A stretch of DNA of 64,000 nt from an uncultured delta proteobacterium. Its GTDB lineage: Bacteria > Myxococcota > Myxococcia > Myxococcales > Anaeromyxobacteraceae. Shown piece after piece: positions 1 through 12,235 of this stretch. The stretch is from NCBI GenBank assembly GCA_963828255.1, contig CAWHDZ010000034.1, forward strand, positions 96,001 through 160,000, in the 5' to 3' direction. The position numbers and the translations under genes are program-made. Position 1 is the stretch's first letter; each line of letters starts with the position of its first letter. The notes under the pieces were generated by a model. It made no database searches. It was not told the origin of the DNA and worked only from the letters and a program-made list of their open reading frames with translations.

Positions 1-1602
1 GCCGCCTTCGGGCTGGCCTCGGCGGCCGCCCGACGCGGCGGGCCGGAGCTCCGGCAGGGGGTGAAGCTCCTGCTCGGCGCGGAGCGCCCCGTCGCCTCCC
101 TGGCCCGGGCCCTCGACGGGCTCGCCGTGCTCGACCCGGCCTGCGGCGGCGGATCGCTCCTCGCCGCGGCCCACGCGATGGCCTCCCGCGCCGGGGCCCG
201 CCTCCGGCTCGACGGGCTCGAGGTGGCCGCCCTCCCGGCCCGCGCGGCCACGCTCCGCCTGTCCCTGCTCGGCGCCGATGCCACGGTCCTCCGCGCCGAC
301 GCGCTCTCCCGGCGCTGGCCCCCCTGCGACCTCCTCCTCATGAACCCGCCCTTCCTCCGGCACGAGTCCCTTCCGGAGGCGTGGAAGGAACGGGCCGCCC
401 GGAAGAGCGGCCTCTCCCGGCAGGCCGACCTCTCGGCCCACCTGGTGCTCCTCGCCCTGCGCCACGCCCCGGTCTGCGGGCTGGTGCTGCCCCGGGCCCT
501 CGGGACCTCCCGTTCCGCCGCACCGCTCCGGGCCGAGGCGGCCGCCCGCGGCGGCTTCCTGCTCTCGCTCCGCTCCCGGGCCTCGGGGAGCTTCGCGGCC
601 TCGGTGGAGACTTCGCTCGCCGTCTGGGCGGAGGGGGCATCGGGGCTGCCCGACGCGGAGGCCACCGTCCCGCTCGACCGGCTCTCGGCGGAGGAGCTCT
701 CCGGGCTGGCGGAGGCCCGGGGGGGGCGCCGGATCCGGCTCGCCCGCGCCGCGCCGGCCCGCCGCGCCGCCCGCCCGCTCTCCGACCTCTGCGACGTCCG
801 CTTCGGGATGAAGACCGGGGCGAACGCCTTCTTCCACCTCCGGCCGCTGGGCCACGGCCTCTACCGGAGCGCGCTCGGCGGCGAGGTCCGGCTCGCGCCC
901 TCCGACGTGGCCCCGCTCCTCTCCGGGCTGCGGGACGCGCTTGCGCCGGAGGTGGCGCGGCTCTCCTGGGTGCTCTTCCGCCCCTCCGTTCCCTCCCCGG
1001 CCGCCCTGCGCTACCTGCGCCTGGGTGAGTCACTCGGGGTGAACGAGCGGGCCACCTGCGCCTCGCGCCGCACCTGGTGGCGGGTGGCGCCGGGACGGGG
1101 CCCTGCCCCGGTCCTGTACCCGGCCAAGGTGGGCACCCGGGCCTTCGCCTTCCACAACCGGGACGGGCTGCTCGAGGACAAGAAGTGGCACGCCCTCTTC
1201 CCCCGGGAGGTCGAGCCCTGGATGCTCTCGCTCCTCCTCTCCTCCACCCCGCTCCGGCTCGCCGTGGAGCGGGGCGCCCGGCAGCTCACCGGCGCGCAGG
1301 CCATCGCCGACATCGACTGCGGGGTGCTCTCCGCGATCCCCTTCCCCGACCCGGGCGCGCTCCGGCCGCTGGAGGAGACGCTGCGGGCCCTGCACGACGC
1401 GCTGGCCCGCGACCCGGTCACCACCGACCTGGCGGCCATGCTGGACCGGCCGGCCCAGCGGGAGCTCGATCGGGCCGCCGGCGCGGCGCTGGGGATGTCC
1501 GGCGCCGCGGTGGAGGGGGAGAGGCGGGAACTCCTGCGTCGAAGCACCGAGCGGCTGGCCCGGGCGGCGCAGGTGAGGAAGGCGATCGCGGGGACCCGGT
1601 AG
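1..1602 (+). CDS. N6-adenine DNA methyltransferase, gamma class (Eco57I/type IIG-like MTase + TRD), probably 5'-truncated by the window
   Basis: Motif I VLDPACGGG, motif IV NPPF and a TRD-like GMKTGANAFF; frame 1 is open from base 1. Confidence 0.8.
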   Translation, partial: AAFGLASAAARRGGPELRQGVKLLLGAERPVASLARALDGLAVLDPACGGGSLLAAAHAMASRAGARLRLDGLEVAALPARAATLRLSLLGADATVLRADALSRRWPPCDLLLMNPPFLRHESLPEAWKERAARKSGLSRQADLSAHLVLLALRHAPVCGLVLPRALGTSRSAAPLRAEAAARGGFLLSLRSRASGSFAASVETSLAVWAEGASGLPDAEATVPLDRLSAEELSGLAEARGGRRIRLARAAPARRAARPLSDLCDVRFGMKTGANAFFHLRPLGHGLYRSALGGEVRLAPSDVAPLLSGLRDALAPEVARLSWVLFRPSVPSPAALRYLRLGESLGVNERATCASRRTWWRVAPGRGPAPVLYPAKVGTRAFAFHNRDGLLEDKKWHALFPREVEPWMLSLLLSSTPLRLAVERGARQLTGAQAIADIDCGVLSAIPFPDPGALRPLEETLRALHDALARDPVTTDLAAMLDRPAQRELDRAAGAALGMSGAAVEGERRELLRRSTERLARAAQVRKAIAGTR

Positions 1603-1603
1603 A

Positions 1604-2487
1604 TCAGAAGGCGATCTTCGCCGAGGCGGTCGCCATCGGCCCCACCTCGGCGTCGCGGACCCACACCGGGAACCTGGCGCCGACGACCAGCCGGACCACG
1701 TCCAGCGGGAGGACCAGGGCGGCGGTGGCCCAGAGCACCCGCTCGTCCGGCTGGGCCCCCAGCTCGATCTCGTGCTGGTAGTTCAGCTCCAGCTCCGGCT
1801 GCAGCCAGGGCAGCACCTGGTAGCCCGCCGCGGCGTTGCAGACGAGCAGCCCCACGTCGTTGGAGGTGCGGTGGCCCACCGGCGCGCTGAATCCCAGCTC
1901 CGCACCCATCGTGAACGGCCCCCGGTCGAGCGAGGCCAGCAGCGACCCGCCCAGGCTGAAGCTCTCGCGGCTCGTCCCCAGCCGGCCGGGCGCGCCGCGC
2001 GTCCCGGTGGGCACGGTCACGCCGGCGCTCACGGCCAGGTCCAGGGCCGGGTCGGGTAGGGACAGGAACCGGAACCGCAGGGCCACGGTGGTGTCGGCGA
2101 GCCGTTCCCGCTCGAGGGCGCGCCCGGCGCCGGCGGCGCGGCCCGGACCAGCGCCCACCCCACGACGATGCGTCCGTCGAGGTCCGGGACGATCCCCACC
2201 GACAGGGAAGCCGCGACCTGGTGCTGCTCCCCGGAGAGGCGGTCCACGGCGCCGGCGGTGGCCCACCAGGAGGGCGCGTAGGCGATCTCGACCTCCACCC
2301 TGCCCGGCTCGAGGGTGGTCGCGTCGCCGGTGAAGGCCTTGCCGTGCTCCAGGGAGAGCGGCGGGGAAGGCGCATCGAGGGAGGTCTCCACCGCCGCGTC
2401 GGGCGGCGCACCGGCGTCGGCGGCGCGGGCGAGCGCCGGAAGCAGGAGGAGGATCCCGGCGAAAACGATATTGAGAATGATTCTCAT
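1604..2487 (-). pseudogene. Outer-membrane beta-barrel 'transporter' (MetA-pathway/SphA-like) with a single frameshift near 2100
   Basis: Signal peptide MRIILNIVFAG...ARAA in ORF 2029-2487 continues in another frame as LADTTVALRFRF...AKIAF (terminal Phe); adding one C (AAC GGC [C]TC GCC GAC) joins the two halves. Confidence 0.7.
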
Positions 2488-2532
2488 GATCCGGAGCGTA
2501 CCGGATCCAGGAATCCCGCTCCTTGCGCCCGA

Positions 2533-2844
2533 TCAAGTCCGGCGGCGCAGCAGCACCACCTGCCCCGCGCGCGCGGGCGGAGGGGCACGCACCCCCGCCG
2601 CCACCGCGTCGTGGGCGTCCCGCAGCGCGCCCCGCAGCGTGGCGCGCAGCGCCTCCTCGCCGAGGAATGGCGCCGTCGCCTCCAGCGCAGTCACCGCCTT
2701 GCCGAAGAGGCGCAGGATCTGGGTTCGGTGGGCGGTCACGACCCGCCGGTCGTAGGAGACGCCCAGCGCCTCGAAGAAGTCCTCGGCCCGCTCGACCTGG
2801 CCGAGCTCCGGGAGTGGCGCTCCGATCGGATGGCCCCCGCTCAC
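2533..2844 (-). CDS. nifW: Nitrogenase-stabilising protein NifW
   Basis: AEDFFEALGVSYDRRVV...HRTQILRLF motif; GTG start overlaps the nifB stop (GTGA). Confidence 0.75.
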   Translation of the reverse strand: MSGGHPIGAPLPELGQVERAEDFFEALGVSYDRRVVTAHRTQILRLFGKAVTALEATAPFLGEEALRATLRGALRDAHDAVAAGVRAPPPARAGQVVLLRRRT

Positions 2845-4283
2845 GCGACCTCCACGCGCGGCACCGGCGCATCCTCGCGCGCCTCGAGCCACTCGAGAAG
2901 CGCCGCCTCGATGGGACGGTGGGCCTGGGCCTGCGAGGCCTCGATCCCCGCCGCGGCGAGCTGGCCCTGGGGACAGCGCCCGATGCGGGCCACCAGCACG
3001 GCCTTGCAGTCGGAGAGGGCGCGCACCGTCCCCTCGAGCGCGTCGTCGTCACCGTCGCCGCCGGCGCAGTAGGTCCCGGCGGCCCGCCGCCCCACCAGCT
3101 GCACTCCCGCCCGGGACACGTCGTAGACCAGGAACTCGGTGGCGTGGCCGAAGTGCTGGTCCACGATCCCGCCGCTCCTCGAGGCCACGGCGACCCGGAT
3201 CGGCGCCGCGGGGCCCCGTCCGGAGAGCCGCACCAGGACCGCGTCCCGCTCCCTCGCCGCAGCGGCACGGACCCGCCCGACCGCGGCGCGCCTCTCGGCC
3301 CGCAGCTCGCTGGCGTCGCGCGCCGGTTCCGGCGGCAGCCGCGCCAGGGTGAAGGACTCGAACCGGTCCTCGCCCAGCCGCCCCACCGCGTCGGCCCGGC
3401 ACTGCCGGCAGTGGCGCATGAGCCGCGCGTCCACCTCGCAGGCCCGCTGCACCGCCTCGAGCTCTGCGGCGTCCGGGCCGCGCTGCCCGGTGAGGCCGAA
3501 GTGGGTGCCGTGCTCCGGCGCGGAGAGGAGCGGCACCAGGTTCACCATGAAGGCGCCGGCCGCCCGCACCGCCCTCGCCACGTCGGGGAGGTGTCCGTCG
3601 TTCACGCCGGGGATGACCACGGAGTTGACCTTCACCAGCACCCCGCGCTCCCGCAGCCTGGCGATGCCCTCGAGCTGCTGCCCGGAGAGGATCCGGGAGG
3701 CCTCGGCCCCGCGGACCTTCTTGCCGTTCCAGTGGACCCACGGGTAGATCCGCTCCCCCACGGCCGGATCGGTCATGTTGACGGTCACGGTGACGTGGCG
3801 GACACCCAGCGAGACCAGCCGGTCCACGTGCCCGGGCAGGGCGAGGCCATTGGTGGAGAGGCACAGGGTCAGGTCGGGCGCGGCCCGGGCGATGCCCTCG
3901 AGGGTCTGGAAGGTCGCCTCCGGGTTGGCCAGCCCGTCCCCCGGCCCGGCGATGCCCACCACCGCGAGCTCGGGCACCTGCTCGGCCACGGCCAGCACCT
4001 TGCGGACGGCGTCCTCCGGGCGGAGCCGCTCCGAGACCACGCCGGGACGGCTCTCGTTGGAGCAGTCGTACTTCCGGTTGCAGTAGTTGCACTGGATGTT
4101 GCACGCCGGGGCCACCGCCACGTGCATCCGCGCGAAGTGATGGTGGGCCTCCTCGCTGTAGCAGGGGTGGTTCGCGACCTGCGCCGCCACATCGGCCGGA
4201 AGGGGCTGGGCCGGCTGGCCGGCCTCGCCGCACCCGCGGCCGAACGTGCAGTTGGATGCCGGTACGACGGGCAGGACGCTCAT
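2841..4283 (-). CDS. nifB: FeMo-cofactor biosynthesis radical-SAM protein NifB with C-terminal NifX-like domain
   Basis: [41 protein letters not shown] and QHFGHA motifs. Confidence 0.97.
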   Translation of the reverse strand: [480 protein letters not shown]

Positions 4284-4294
4284 GTCACCCTCGG

Positions 4295-4558
4295 TCAAGC
4301 GTGGAGCGGCTCGAAGCTGAACGCGTCCTTCTTGCAGGTGCGGCCGCAGGCCTCGCAGCCGATGCAGGCCTCGGAGTTGGCCACGGTGGCGTACATCTTG
4401 GCCGACTCCTCCTCGTCCACCTCGGTCGGCGCCAGCACGTCGTGCGCGCAGATCTTGATGCAGCGGCCGCAGCCGATGCACTTCTCCGGGTCCACCGCGC
4501 GCACGAACCGCGGGGTCCACTCCTGCCTGCCTCGGGTGAGTCCGGTGATGTACGCCAT
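4295..4558 (-). CDS. fdxB: nif-specific ferredoxin III (2[4Fe-4S])
   Basis: Two CxxCxxCxxxC motifs, GLTRG..WTPRF N-terminus, GGAGGAG Shine-Dalgarno. Confidence 0.9.
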   Translation of the reverse strand: MAYITGLTRGRQEWTPRFVRAVDPEKCIGCGRCIKICAHDVLAPTEVDEEESAKMYATVANSEACIGCEACGRTCKKDAFSFEPLHA

Positions 4559-4595
4559 GGTGTCTCCTCCTCGCGGGCGCGGTGCGCACGCACCT

Positions 4596-4982
4596 TCAGT
4601 CCACAGACTCCGTCGATCCGATCCCCTGCTCCATCGCCTTGCGGAGCCAGGGCGGCGGCCTTCCACGCAGGACCTCCTGCAACTTCGCGACCACCTCCTC
4701 GATGGCCACCGGCGCCCCGGTCTTCATGGGGTGGATCCGCCGGGCCACGAGCTTGGCCGCGGCCGGTCCGCCGATCTTGACCGTGTAGACGATGGCGCAT
4801 CCGGCGATGGCGCTGGCCCGCGCGGAGATGCGATCCTCCTCGTCGTCCGAGGTGGTGATGGCGGAGACCGCTCCCACCGGCTCGGCGCTGTCCGGCCCGA
4901 CGTCCCAGATGCGGAACTGTCCGGCCATGCCGAAGTGCTCGTCGATGGTGCGGCCGTCGCTGCTCGTGAACGCCACCTTCAT
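4596..4982 (-). CDS. nifX: NifX FeMo-cofactor carrier
   Basis: MKVAFTS...IDEHFG, IGGPAAAKLV...IHP and PPPWLRKA motifs. Confidence 0.93.
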   Translation of the reverse strand: MKVAFTSSDGRTIDEHFGMAGQFRIWDVGPDSAEPVGAVSAITTSDDEEDRISARASAIAGCAIVYTVKIGGPAAAKLVARRIHPMKTGAPVAIEEVVAKLQEVLRGRPPPWLRKAMEQGIGSTESVD

Positions 4983-4996
4983 GACCCGCTCCTCCC

Positions 4997-7756
4997 TCAG
5001 TTGTGGGCCAGCCGCTGGGCCTCGGACGAGGTGGACTGCAAGAGATTGGCCACCTCGAAGACCAGGTTCTGCGTGCCGCGGTATCCGGCCCAGACCCGGG
5101 CGTGGGCGCCCAGCCGATCGAAGACCGGGTAGCCGGCCCGCAGGTGGGCCTTCACCCCCAGCTTCGCGGCGGCCTGCCGGCCATTGGAGTTGGCGACGAT
5201 GAGGTCCACGCCCCGGGCCGCGTTCTCGAGGTCCTCGAGGTCCCCCACCCGGACGTCGTCGCAGGGCAGCGCGTGCAGCCCGCGGGTCCGGGTGGCCGAG
5301 AGCGCCGTCCGGACGTCGCACCCCATCCCGGCCAGGAAGCGGGTCATGGCCTTCAGCGCGTCCGACTCGAGCGCCACGGCGACCTTCTTGGCCCCGAACT
5401 GGTAGTGGCTGTCCGCCATGGCGTCCATGAGGCGGCTCCGGGCCCGGCGAAGCGTCTCGGGCGCCGGGCGCCCGGAAAGCGACGACAGCAGCGACACCAG
5501 GTGGTCCACCTCAGCGAGGCCGGTGACCGAGTTCATCCCGTAGGCCGGGACGCCGTGCGTCTCCTGGAGGAGCCGGGCGGCCGCGTGCAGGGAGTCGCCC
5601 ACGTGGATGGTGGCGACGCTCCGCCCTGCCAGCCGGATCCCCTCGACGGGGATCCCGCCGGTCGACAGCGGCGAGACCACGTCGTCCACGTGGCCGTCGA
5701 GGGCGTTGGCGGTGTCGGGGATGCAGAGCACGCGGAAGCCGAAGGCCTCGACGATCCCCTTCACCTCCTCCACGTCGGCGGGGGTCAGGTGCGCGCCGGG
5801 CAACAGATTCACCTGGTCGGGAATGGTGGGGCCTCCCTCGGCCAGGGTGGCGAGGAGCGCCTCCACCGCCGCCGCGTACCCCTCCTGCAGCGAGCCGCAG
5901 TAGTCGGGCGTGGAGGCCCACACCACCGGCGTGCCAGCCAGGTCGGGGCGTTCGACCCGGAACTGGGCGATGGCGCTCCGCACGTCGTCCCCCATGGTCT
6001 CGGTGAGCCCCGAGGTCATGACGCCCACCACGGCGGGGTGGAACTTCTCGATGACCCGGGTGACGCCGGACTTGAGATTTCTCCAGCCTCCGAAGATGGC
6101 CGCGTCCTCGCTCATGGCGGTGGAGTTGAGCGCCACCGACTCCTTGAAGTGGCGGGAGAGCTGGAGCCGGATGAACGTGGAGCAGCCCTGCGCGCCGTGC
6201 AGGAGCCCGAGCATCCCGTCCACGCCCAGGTAGGCCAGCGTGGCCCCCAGCGCCGGCGAGTTCTTCTGCGGATTCACCGTGGCGGCCTTCGACGGGACCT
6301 TCACCCGCGAGGCGGCCAGGTCCTCGGACAGGAAGGCGGCGGCGTGGCCGGCGGCCGTGGTCCGGTGGGTGGCGCGCTCGCCCTCGAGCAGCTCCCAGGG
6401 CGCCCGGGCGTTCATGGCCGGGAAGATGGGGCTGTTCACCGTGAGGTCGAGCTGCCGGGCGAAGGTGACCATGCCCTCGTAGCCGGCGTAGGGGTGGGCC
6501 CGGCCGTGGTTGATGTCGAGGAAGGGGGTGCGGGTCTTCAGCGCCAGGTACTTGGTCTTGCCGCCGGCCACCACCAGGTCGGGCATCTTCTCGCGCATCA
6601 CCGCGATGAGCCCGGCGGTGGAGGTGTCCTCGATGATCCGGGCGTCGGCGTGCATCTGGGCCTTCATCCGCTGGAAGTCCTCCAGCGTGGAGTTCTGGGT
6701 GCCGGCCGCCAGCACCTCGACCTCGAGCTCGCGCAGCGCGTCCACCATCGACCAGGTCTTCACCCCGCCGGTGAAGAGCACGGCCCGCTTCCCGGCGAGG
6801 CGCCTGCGGTGGGGCTCGATGCGCGCCCGGCACCTGGCCTCCTCCTCGGCTACCAGCGCCTCCACCCGGTCGCGCATGGTGGTGTCGGATTCGCCGCCGT
6901 TCCCGAGATCGAGCTCCCGGGCCATGTCGCGCAGCGCCCGGGCGGTGTCGGTCATCCCGTAGAAGGACTCCTCCAGGTAGGGGATGCCCCAGCGCTTCCT
7001 CATCTTCCGGGCCAGGTTCGTCAGGCTCTTCGAGCAGATGATGACGTTGAGGCGCGCGCGGTGGGCCCAGCGCAGCTCCTCGAAGCGCGCGTCGCCGCTG
7101 ATGCAGGAGAGGATCCGGATGCCCAGCCGGTCGAAGAGCGGCTCCATGCCCCAGCGATCGCCGGCGATGTTGTACTCGCCGATGAGGTTCACGTCGTAGG
7201 GAGTGGTGCGCTCCGGCTCGGCCGTGCCGATGACCCGGTCGAGCAGGATCTCCCCGGCCAGCCGGTTGCCGATGTTCTTGTCGCCGATGAACCCGGGGGT
7301 GTTCACCGGGATGACCGGGATGGAGACCTCGGTGGCGGCCCGCGCGCAGACCGCCTCCACGTCGTCTCCGGTCATGGATGTGACGCAGGTGGCGTAGACG
7401 AAGATGGCCTTGGCCTCGGCGGCGTAGCGCGCCGCCAGGTCGAGGATGGCGGCGTGGAGCTTCCTCTCCCCGCCGAAGACCACGTCGTTCTCCAGCATCT
7501 CGGTGGTGAAGCCGCGCCGGAAGAGCTGCGCGCCCGACGAGCGGGCCCCCCGGTTGTCCCAGGAGTTGCCGGCGCAGGCGATGGGGCCGTGCACCAGGTG
7601 GATGACGTCGGTGACCGGCATCAGCACCACCCGGGCCCCGTCGTAGGCGCAGCTTCGCTCCGCCCCCTCGCCGGGCTCGGACTTCTTGCAGAACCTCGGC
7701 GCGCCCTTCTCCGCGGTGTCGCACTCCGGGGCGTCGTACCAGTCGGGCCTGGCCAT
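4997..7756 (-). CDS. nifEN: Fused NifE-NifN scaffold protein
   Basis: NifE motifs (RSCAYDGA, HLVHGPIAC) followed in frame by NifN motifs (VNPQKNSPALGA, HGAQGC); 919 aa. Confidence 0.96.
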   Translation of the reverse strand: MARPDWYDAPECDTAEKGAPRFCKKSEPGEGAERSCAYDGARVVLMPVTDVIHLVHGPIACAGNSWDNRGARSSGAQLFRRGFTTEMLENDVVFGGERKLHAAILDLAARYAAEAKAIFVYATCVTSMTGDDVEAVCARAATEVSIPVIPVNTPGFIGDKNIGNRLAGEILLDRVIGTAEPERTTPYDVNLIGEYNIAGDRWGMEPLFDRLGIRILSCISGDARFEELRWAHRARLNVIICSKSLTNLARKMRKRWGIPYLEESFYGMTDTARALRDMARELDLGNGGESDTTMRDRVEALVAEEEARCRARIEPHRRRLAGKRAVLFTGGVKTWSMVDALRELEVEVLAAGTQNSTLEDFQRMKAQMHADARIIEDTSTAGLIAVMREKMPDLVVAGGKTKYLALKTRTPFLDINHGRAHPYAGYEGMVTFARQLDLTVNSPIFPAMNARAPWELLEGERATHRTTAAGHAAAFLSEDLAASRVKVPSKAATVNPQKNSPALGATLAYLGVDGMLGLLHGAQGCSTFIRLQLSRHFKESVALNSTAMSEDAAIFGGWRNLKSGVTRVIEKFHPAVVGVMTSGLTETMGDDVRSAIAQFRVERPDLAGTPVVWASTPDYCGSLQEGYAAAVEALLATLAEGGPTIPDQVNLLPGAHLTPADVEEVKGIVEAFGFRVLCIPDTANALDGHVDDVVSPLSTGGIPVEGIRLAGRSVATIHVGDSLHAAARLLQETHGVPAYGMNSVTGLAEVDHLVSLLSSLSGRPAPETLRRARSRLMDAMADSHYQFGAKKVAVALESDALKAMTRFLAGMGCDVRTALSATRTRGLHALPCDDVRVGDLEDLENAARGVDLIVANSNGRQAAAKLGVKAHLRAGYPVFDRLGAHARVWAGYRGTQNLVFEVANLLQSTSSEAQRLAHN

Positions 7757-7762
7757 CGGGGC

Positions 7763-9232
7763 TCACCGCATCATCTCGAAGTGGCGCTCCTCGCAGGTCT
7801 CGTCCTTGAGATCGAGGAACTTGTTGCAGATCTCGGTGAGCATGTTCACCGCGCCGGTGTAGCCGACGATGGGGGAGCGGTGCCGGTTCACCCGGTCGAA
7901 GACCGGGAAGCCGAAGCGGAAGAGCGGGATCCTGGCGTCGCGGGCGGCGAACTTGCCGTGCGTGTCCCCGAGCAGCCCATCGACCGGGTCGGTCATGAGG
8001 AGCGAGCGGAGGTGCCAGAGGTCCCGGTTCATCCAGATGTGCGCACCCTTGCCGTAGGGCGAGGCGTCGAGCAGCGCCTGGACGTCCTTCTCGATCTTCT
8101 TCGAGCCCTTGGAGCAGAGGACGTGGTGGGGCGTGGCGCCCATCTCGAGCAGGAACGCGACGTAGCCCAGGATGAGGTCGGCGTCCCCGTAGACCGCGAA
8201 CTTCTTGCCGTGCATGTACTGCTGGGCGTCGGTCATGGCGTCCACGGCCCGGCCCCGCTCGGCCTTGAGCACGTCGGGAACGGGCCGGTCGAAGAGCTCG
8301 GAGAGCTTGAGGAGGAGCGCATCCGTCCTGGCGATCCCCATCGGCATGGGGAGCGACGCGTGGACCCCGGAGAAGTTCTCCTTGATCCAGGGGAAGGTCT
8401 TCAGGGTCGCGTAGGGGGCCAGGGTCAGCGTGGCCTTGCCGTTCACCGCGTCGGCGGCCTCGACGAGCGGGGTTCCGCCCGGGTAGAGCCGGTAATTGCC
8501 GTCGTTGGGAGAGTCGAAGGTCTCGGAGATGTCGGCCAGCATCGTGAACGGGATGCCGAAGGCGTCGAGGATCCGCTTGTACTCCCGGTAATTGGCGGTG
8601 TTGGCGTCGAAGCCGGGAATGACGTTCAGCTTGCCGGTGCAGCGCCCCTCGATCTTCTTCCCCTCGGTGAGGGTCTGGAGGATCGAGAGCAGCATGGCGT
8701 CGTAGCCGGTCACGTGCGAGCCGTTGAAGCTCGGGGTGTTGGCGTACGGCACGGGCAGCTCCTTGGGCACGAACCCCTTCTGCCGGGCGTTCTTGATGAA
8801 GGCCGAGAGGTCGTCGCCGATCACCTCGGGCATGCAGGAGGTGAAGACCGCCACCATCTTGGGGTGGTAGAGGGCGATGACGTTCTCCAGCCCCTCGTGC
8901 AGGTTGTTCTGCCCGCCGAAGACGGCGCCGTCCTCGGTCATGGCGTCGGAGACCGCCGGGGCCGGCTCCCGGAAGTGCCGGTTCAGGGTGGAGCGGTAGT
9001 ACGACGCGCAGCCCTGGGAACCGTGGGTGAAGGGCATCGTGCCCTCGAAGCCGTGGGCGCAGAGCTCGGCCCCGAGCGGCTGGCAGCCGTGGGCCGGGTT
9101 GATGACCAGGGCCTGGCGGGCGAAGTTCTTCTCCCGGTACTCCGGGGTGTCGATCCAGGCGGAGACGCGGGCCTCGTCCTCCGGGGTGATGCCGGAGACG
9201 GGCTTGACGGTGAGTCCGAGTTCGTTGGCCAT
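7763..9232 (-). CDS. nifK: MoFe nitrogenase beta subunit
   Basis: INPAHGCQPLGA, HGSQGC, TSCMPEVIGDD, GFPVFDR. Confidence 0.98.
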   Translation of the reverse strand: MANELGLTVKPVSGITPEDEARVSAWIDTPEYREKNFARQALVINPAHGCQPLGAELCAHGFEGTMPFTHGSQGCASYYRSTLNRHFREPAPAVSDAMTEDGAVFGGQNNLHEGLENVIALYHPKMVAVFTSCMPEVIGDDLSAFIKNARQKGFVPKELPVPYANTPSFNGSHVTGYDAMLLSILQTLTEGKKIEGRCTGKLNVIPGFDANTANYREYKRILDAFGIPFTMLADISETFDSPNDGNYRLYPGGTPLVEAADAVNGKATLTLAPYATLKTFPWIKENFSGVHASLPMPMGIARTDALLLKLSELFDRPVPDVLKAERGRAVDAMTDAQQYMHGKKFAVYGDADLILGYVAFLLEMGATPHHVLCSKGSKKIEKDVQALLDASPYGKGAHIWMNRDLWHLRSLLMTDPVDGLLGDTHGKFAARDARIPLFRFGFPVFDRVNRHRSPIVGYTGAVNMLTEICNKFLDLKDETCEERHFEMMR

Positions 9233-9245
9233 GGCATCCTTCCGA

Positions 9246-10691
9246 TCAGAACGGCGACTTCACGAGCTTCCAGGTGGGGCTGTTGACCGCCATGTCGATG
9301 TCGCGGGCGAAGACCGAGAACCCCTGGTAGGCGTGGTAGGGCCCCGAGTAATCCCAGCTGTGCATCTGCCGGAAGGGCAGCCCCATCTTCTGGAACAGGT
9401 ACTTTTCCTTGATTCCGCTGCCCACCAGGTCGGGCTTGAGCTCCTTCACGAAGTGCTCCAGCTCGTGCTCCGAGGCGTCGTCGTAGATGACGGTCGCCTC
9501 GGGCATCTCCGGCATGGTCCGCTCGTAGTCGTCGCCGTGCGCGAACTCGTACCCGGCGCCGACCACCACCATGCCCAGGTCCTCGTAGGCGCCCACGGTG
9601 TGGCGGGGACGCAGGCCGCCCACGTAGAGCATCACCTTCTTGCCCTCGAGCCGTGGCCGGTACTCGTCCACCACCTTCTGCATGATGGGGTCGTACTTCG
9701 CGATGACCTTCTCGACGTTCTCCCGGATCCGGTCGTCGAAGCGCTCGGCGATCATCCGCAGGGACTTCCTGATGTTGGTGGGGCCGAAGAAGTTGAACTC
9801 CACCCAGGGGATCCCGTACTTCTCCTCCATCACCCGGCACATGTAGTTCATGGACCGGTAGCAGTGGATGAGGTTCAGCTTCACCCGGTGGGTGGCGGCG
9901 ATGCGCTCCATCTCGCCGTCGCCGGTCCAGGTGGCCTTCACGTTGAGGCCGATCTCGGCGAGCAGGTCCTTGGCCGACCAGACGTCGCCGCCGATGTTGT
10001 AGTCGCCGATGAGGGCGATGTCGTAGGGGGTCTCGGGCTCGACGAACTCGCGGGTCTCGATGATGTAGTCGCGGATGGTGTCGTTGGAGATGTGGTGGCC
10101 GAGCGACTGGGAGACGCCGCGGAATCCCTCGCAGTTGCAGGGGATGACCGGGATGTCGAGCTCCTTCGTCATCTTCTTGGCGACGGCGTTGATGTCGTCG
10201 CCGATGAGCCCCACCGGGCACTCGGAGAGGACCGAGATGCCCTTGGCCAGCGGGAAGAGCTCCTTGGCCTCCTTGAGCAGCACGGCGAGCTTCTTGTCGC
10301 CGCCGTAGACGATGTCCTTCTCCTGGAAGTCGGAGGTGAACTGCATGCCGAACTGGGACACGCCGTTCTTCCCGGTCATCAGATTTCGCCGGGTGCCCCA
10401 CGAGTACCAGCCGCAGCCGACCGGCCCGTGGGACACGTGCACCATGTCGCGGATTGGGCCCCAGACCACGCCCTTGGCGCCCGCATAGGCGCAGCCACGG
10501 GCGCTCATCACGCCGGGGACGGTCTTGCGGTTCGACTTCACGCAGGACGCGGCGGCCTCCGGGTCGTTGGGGGCGAGGTGCGGGGCCCGCTTCTTCCGCC
10601 CCTTCTCCGGGTAGGCCTCCAGCGCCTCGTCGATCATCTTCTGCGTCGACTCCCGGGTGATGCCATCGACCTTCTTGGCCGCGTCCGACAT
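9246..10691 (-). CDS. nifD: MoFe nitrogenase alpha subunit
   Basis: [36 protein letters not shown]. Confidence 0.98.
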   Translation of the reverse strand: MSDAAKKVDGITRESTQKMIDEALEAYPEKGRKKRAPHLAPNDPEAAASCVKSNRKTVPGVMSARGCAYAGAKGVVWGPIRDMVHVSHGPVGCGWYSWGTRRNLMTGKNGVSQFGMQFTSDFQEKDIVYGGDKKLAVLLKEAKELFPLAKGISVLSECPVGLIGDDINAVAKKMTKELDIPVIPCNCEGFRGVSQSLGHHISNDTIRDYIIETREFVEPETPYDIALIGDYNIGGDVWSAKDLLAEIGLNVKATWTGDGEMERIAATHRVKLNLIHCYRSMNYMCRVMEEKYGIPWVEFNFFGPTNIRKSLRMIAERFDDRIRENVEKVIAKYDPIMQKVVDEYRPRLEGKKVMLYVGGLRPRHTVGAYEDLGMVVVGAGYEFAHGDDYERTMPEMPEATVIYDDASEHELEHFVKELKPDLVGSGIKEKYLFQKMGLPFRQMHSWDYSGPYHAYQGFSVFARDIDMAVNSPTWKLVKSPF

Positions 10692-10719
10692 GGTCCGCCT
10701 CCTCGTTCCCTGGTGTTCG

Positions 10720-12231
<1,512 letters not shown>

Positions 12232-12235
<4 letters not shown>

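Noticed and set aside
4997..7756. NifE-NifN fusion as a novelty
   Set aside because: Fused nifEN is already known from Geobacter-like and other diazotrophs
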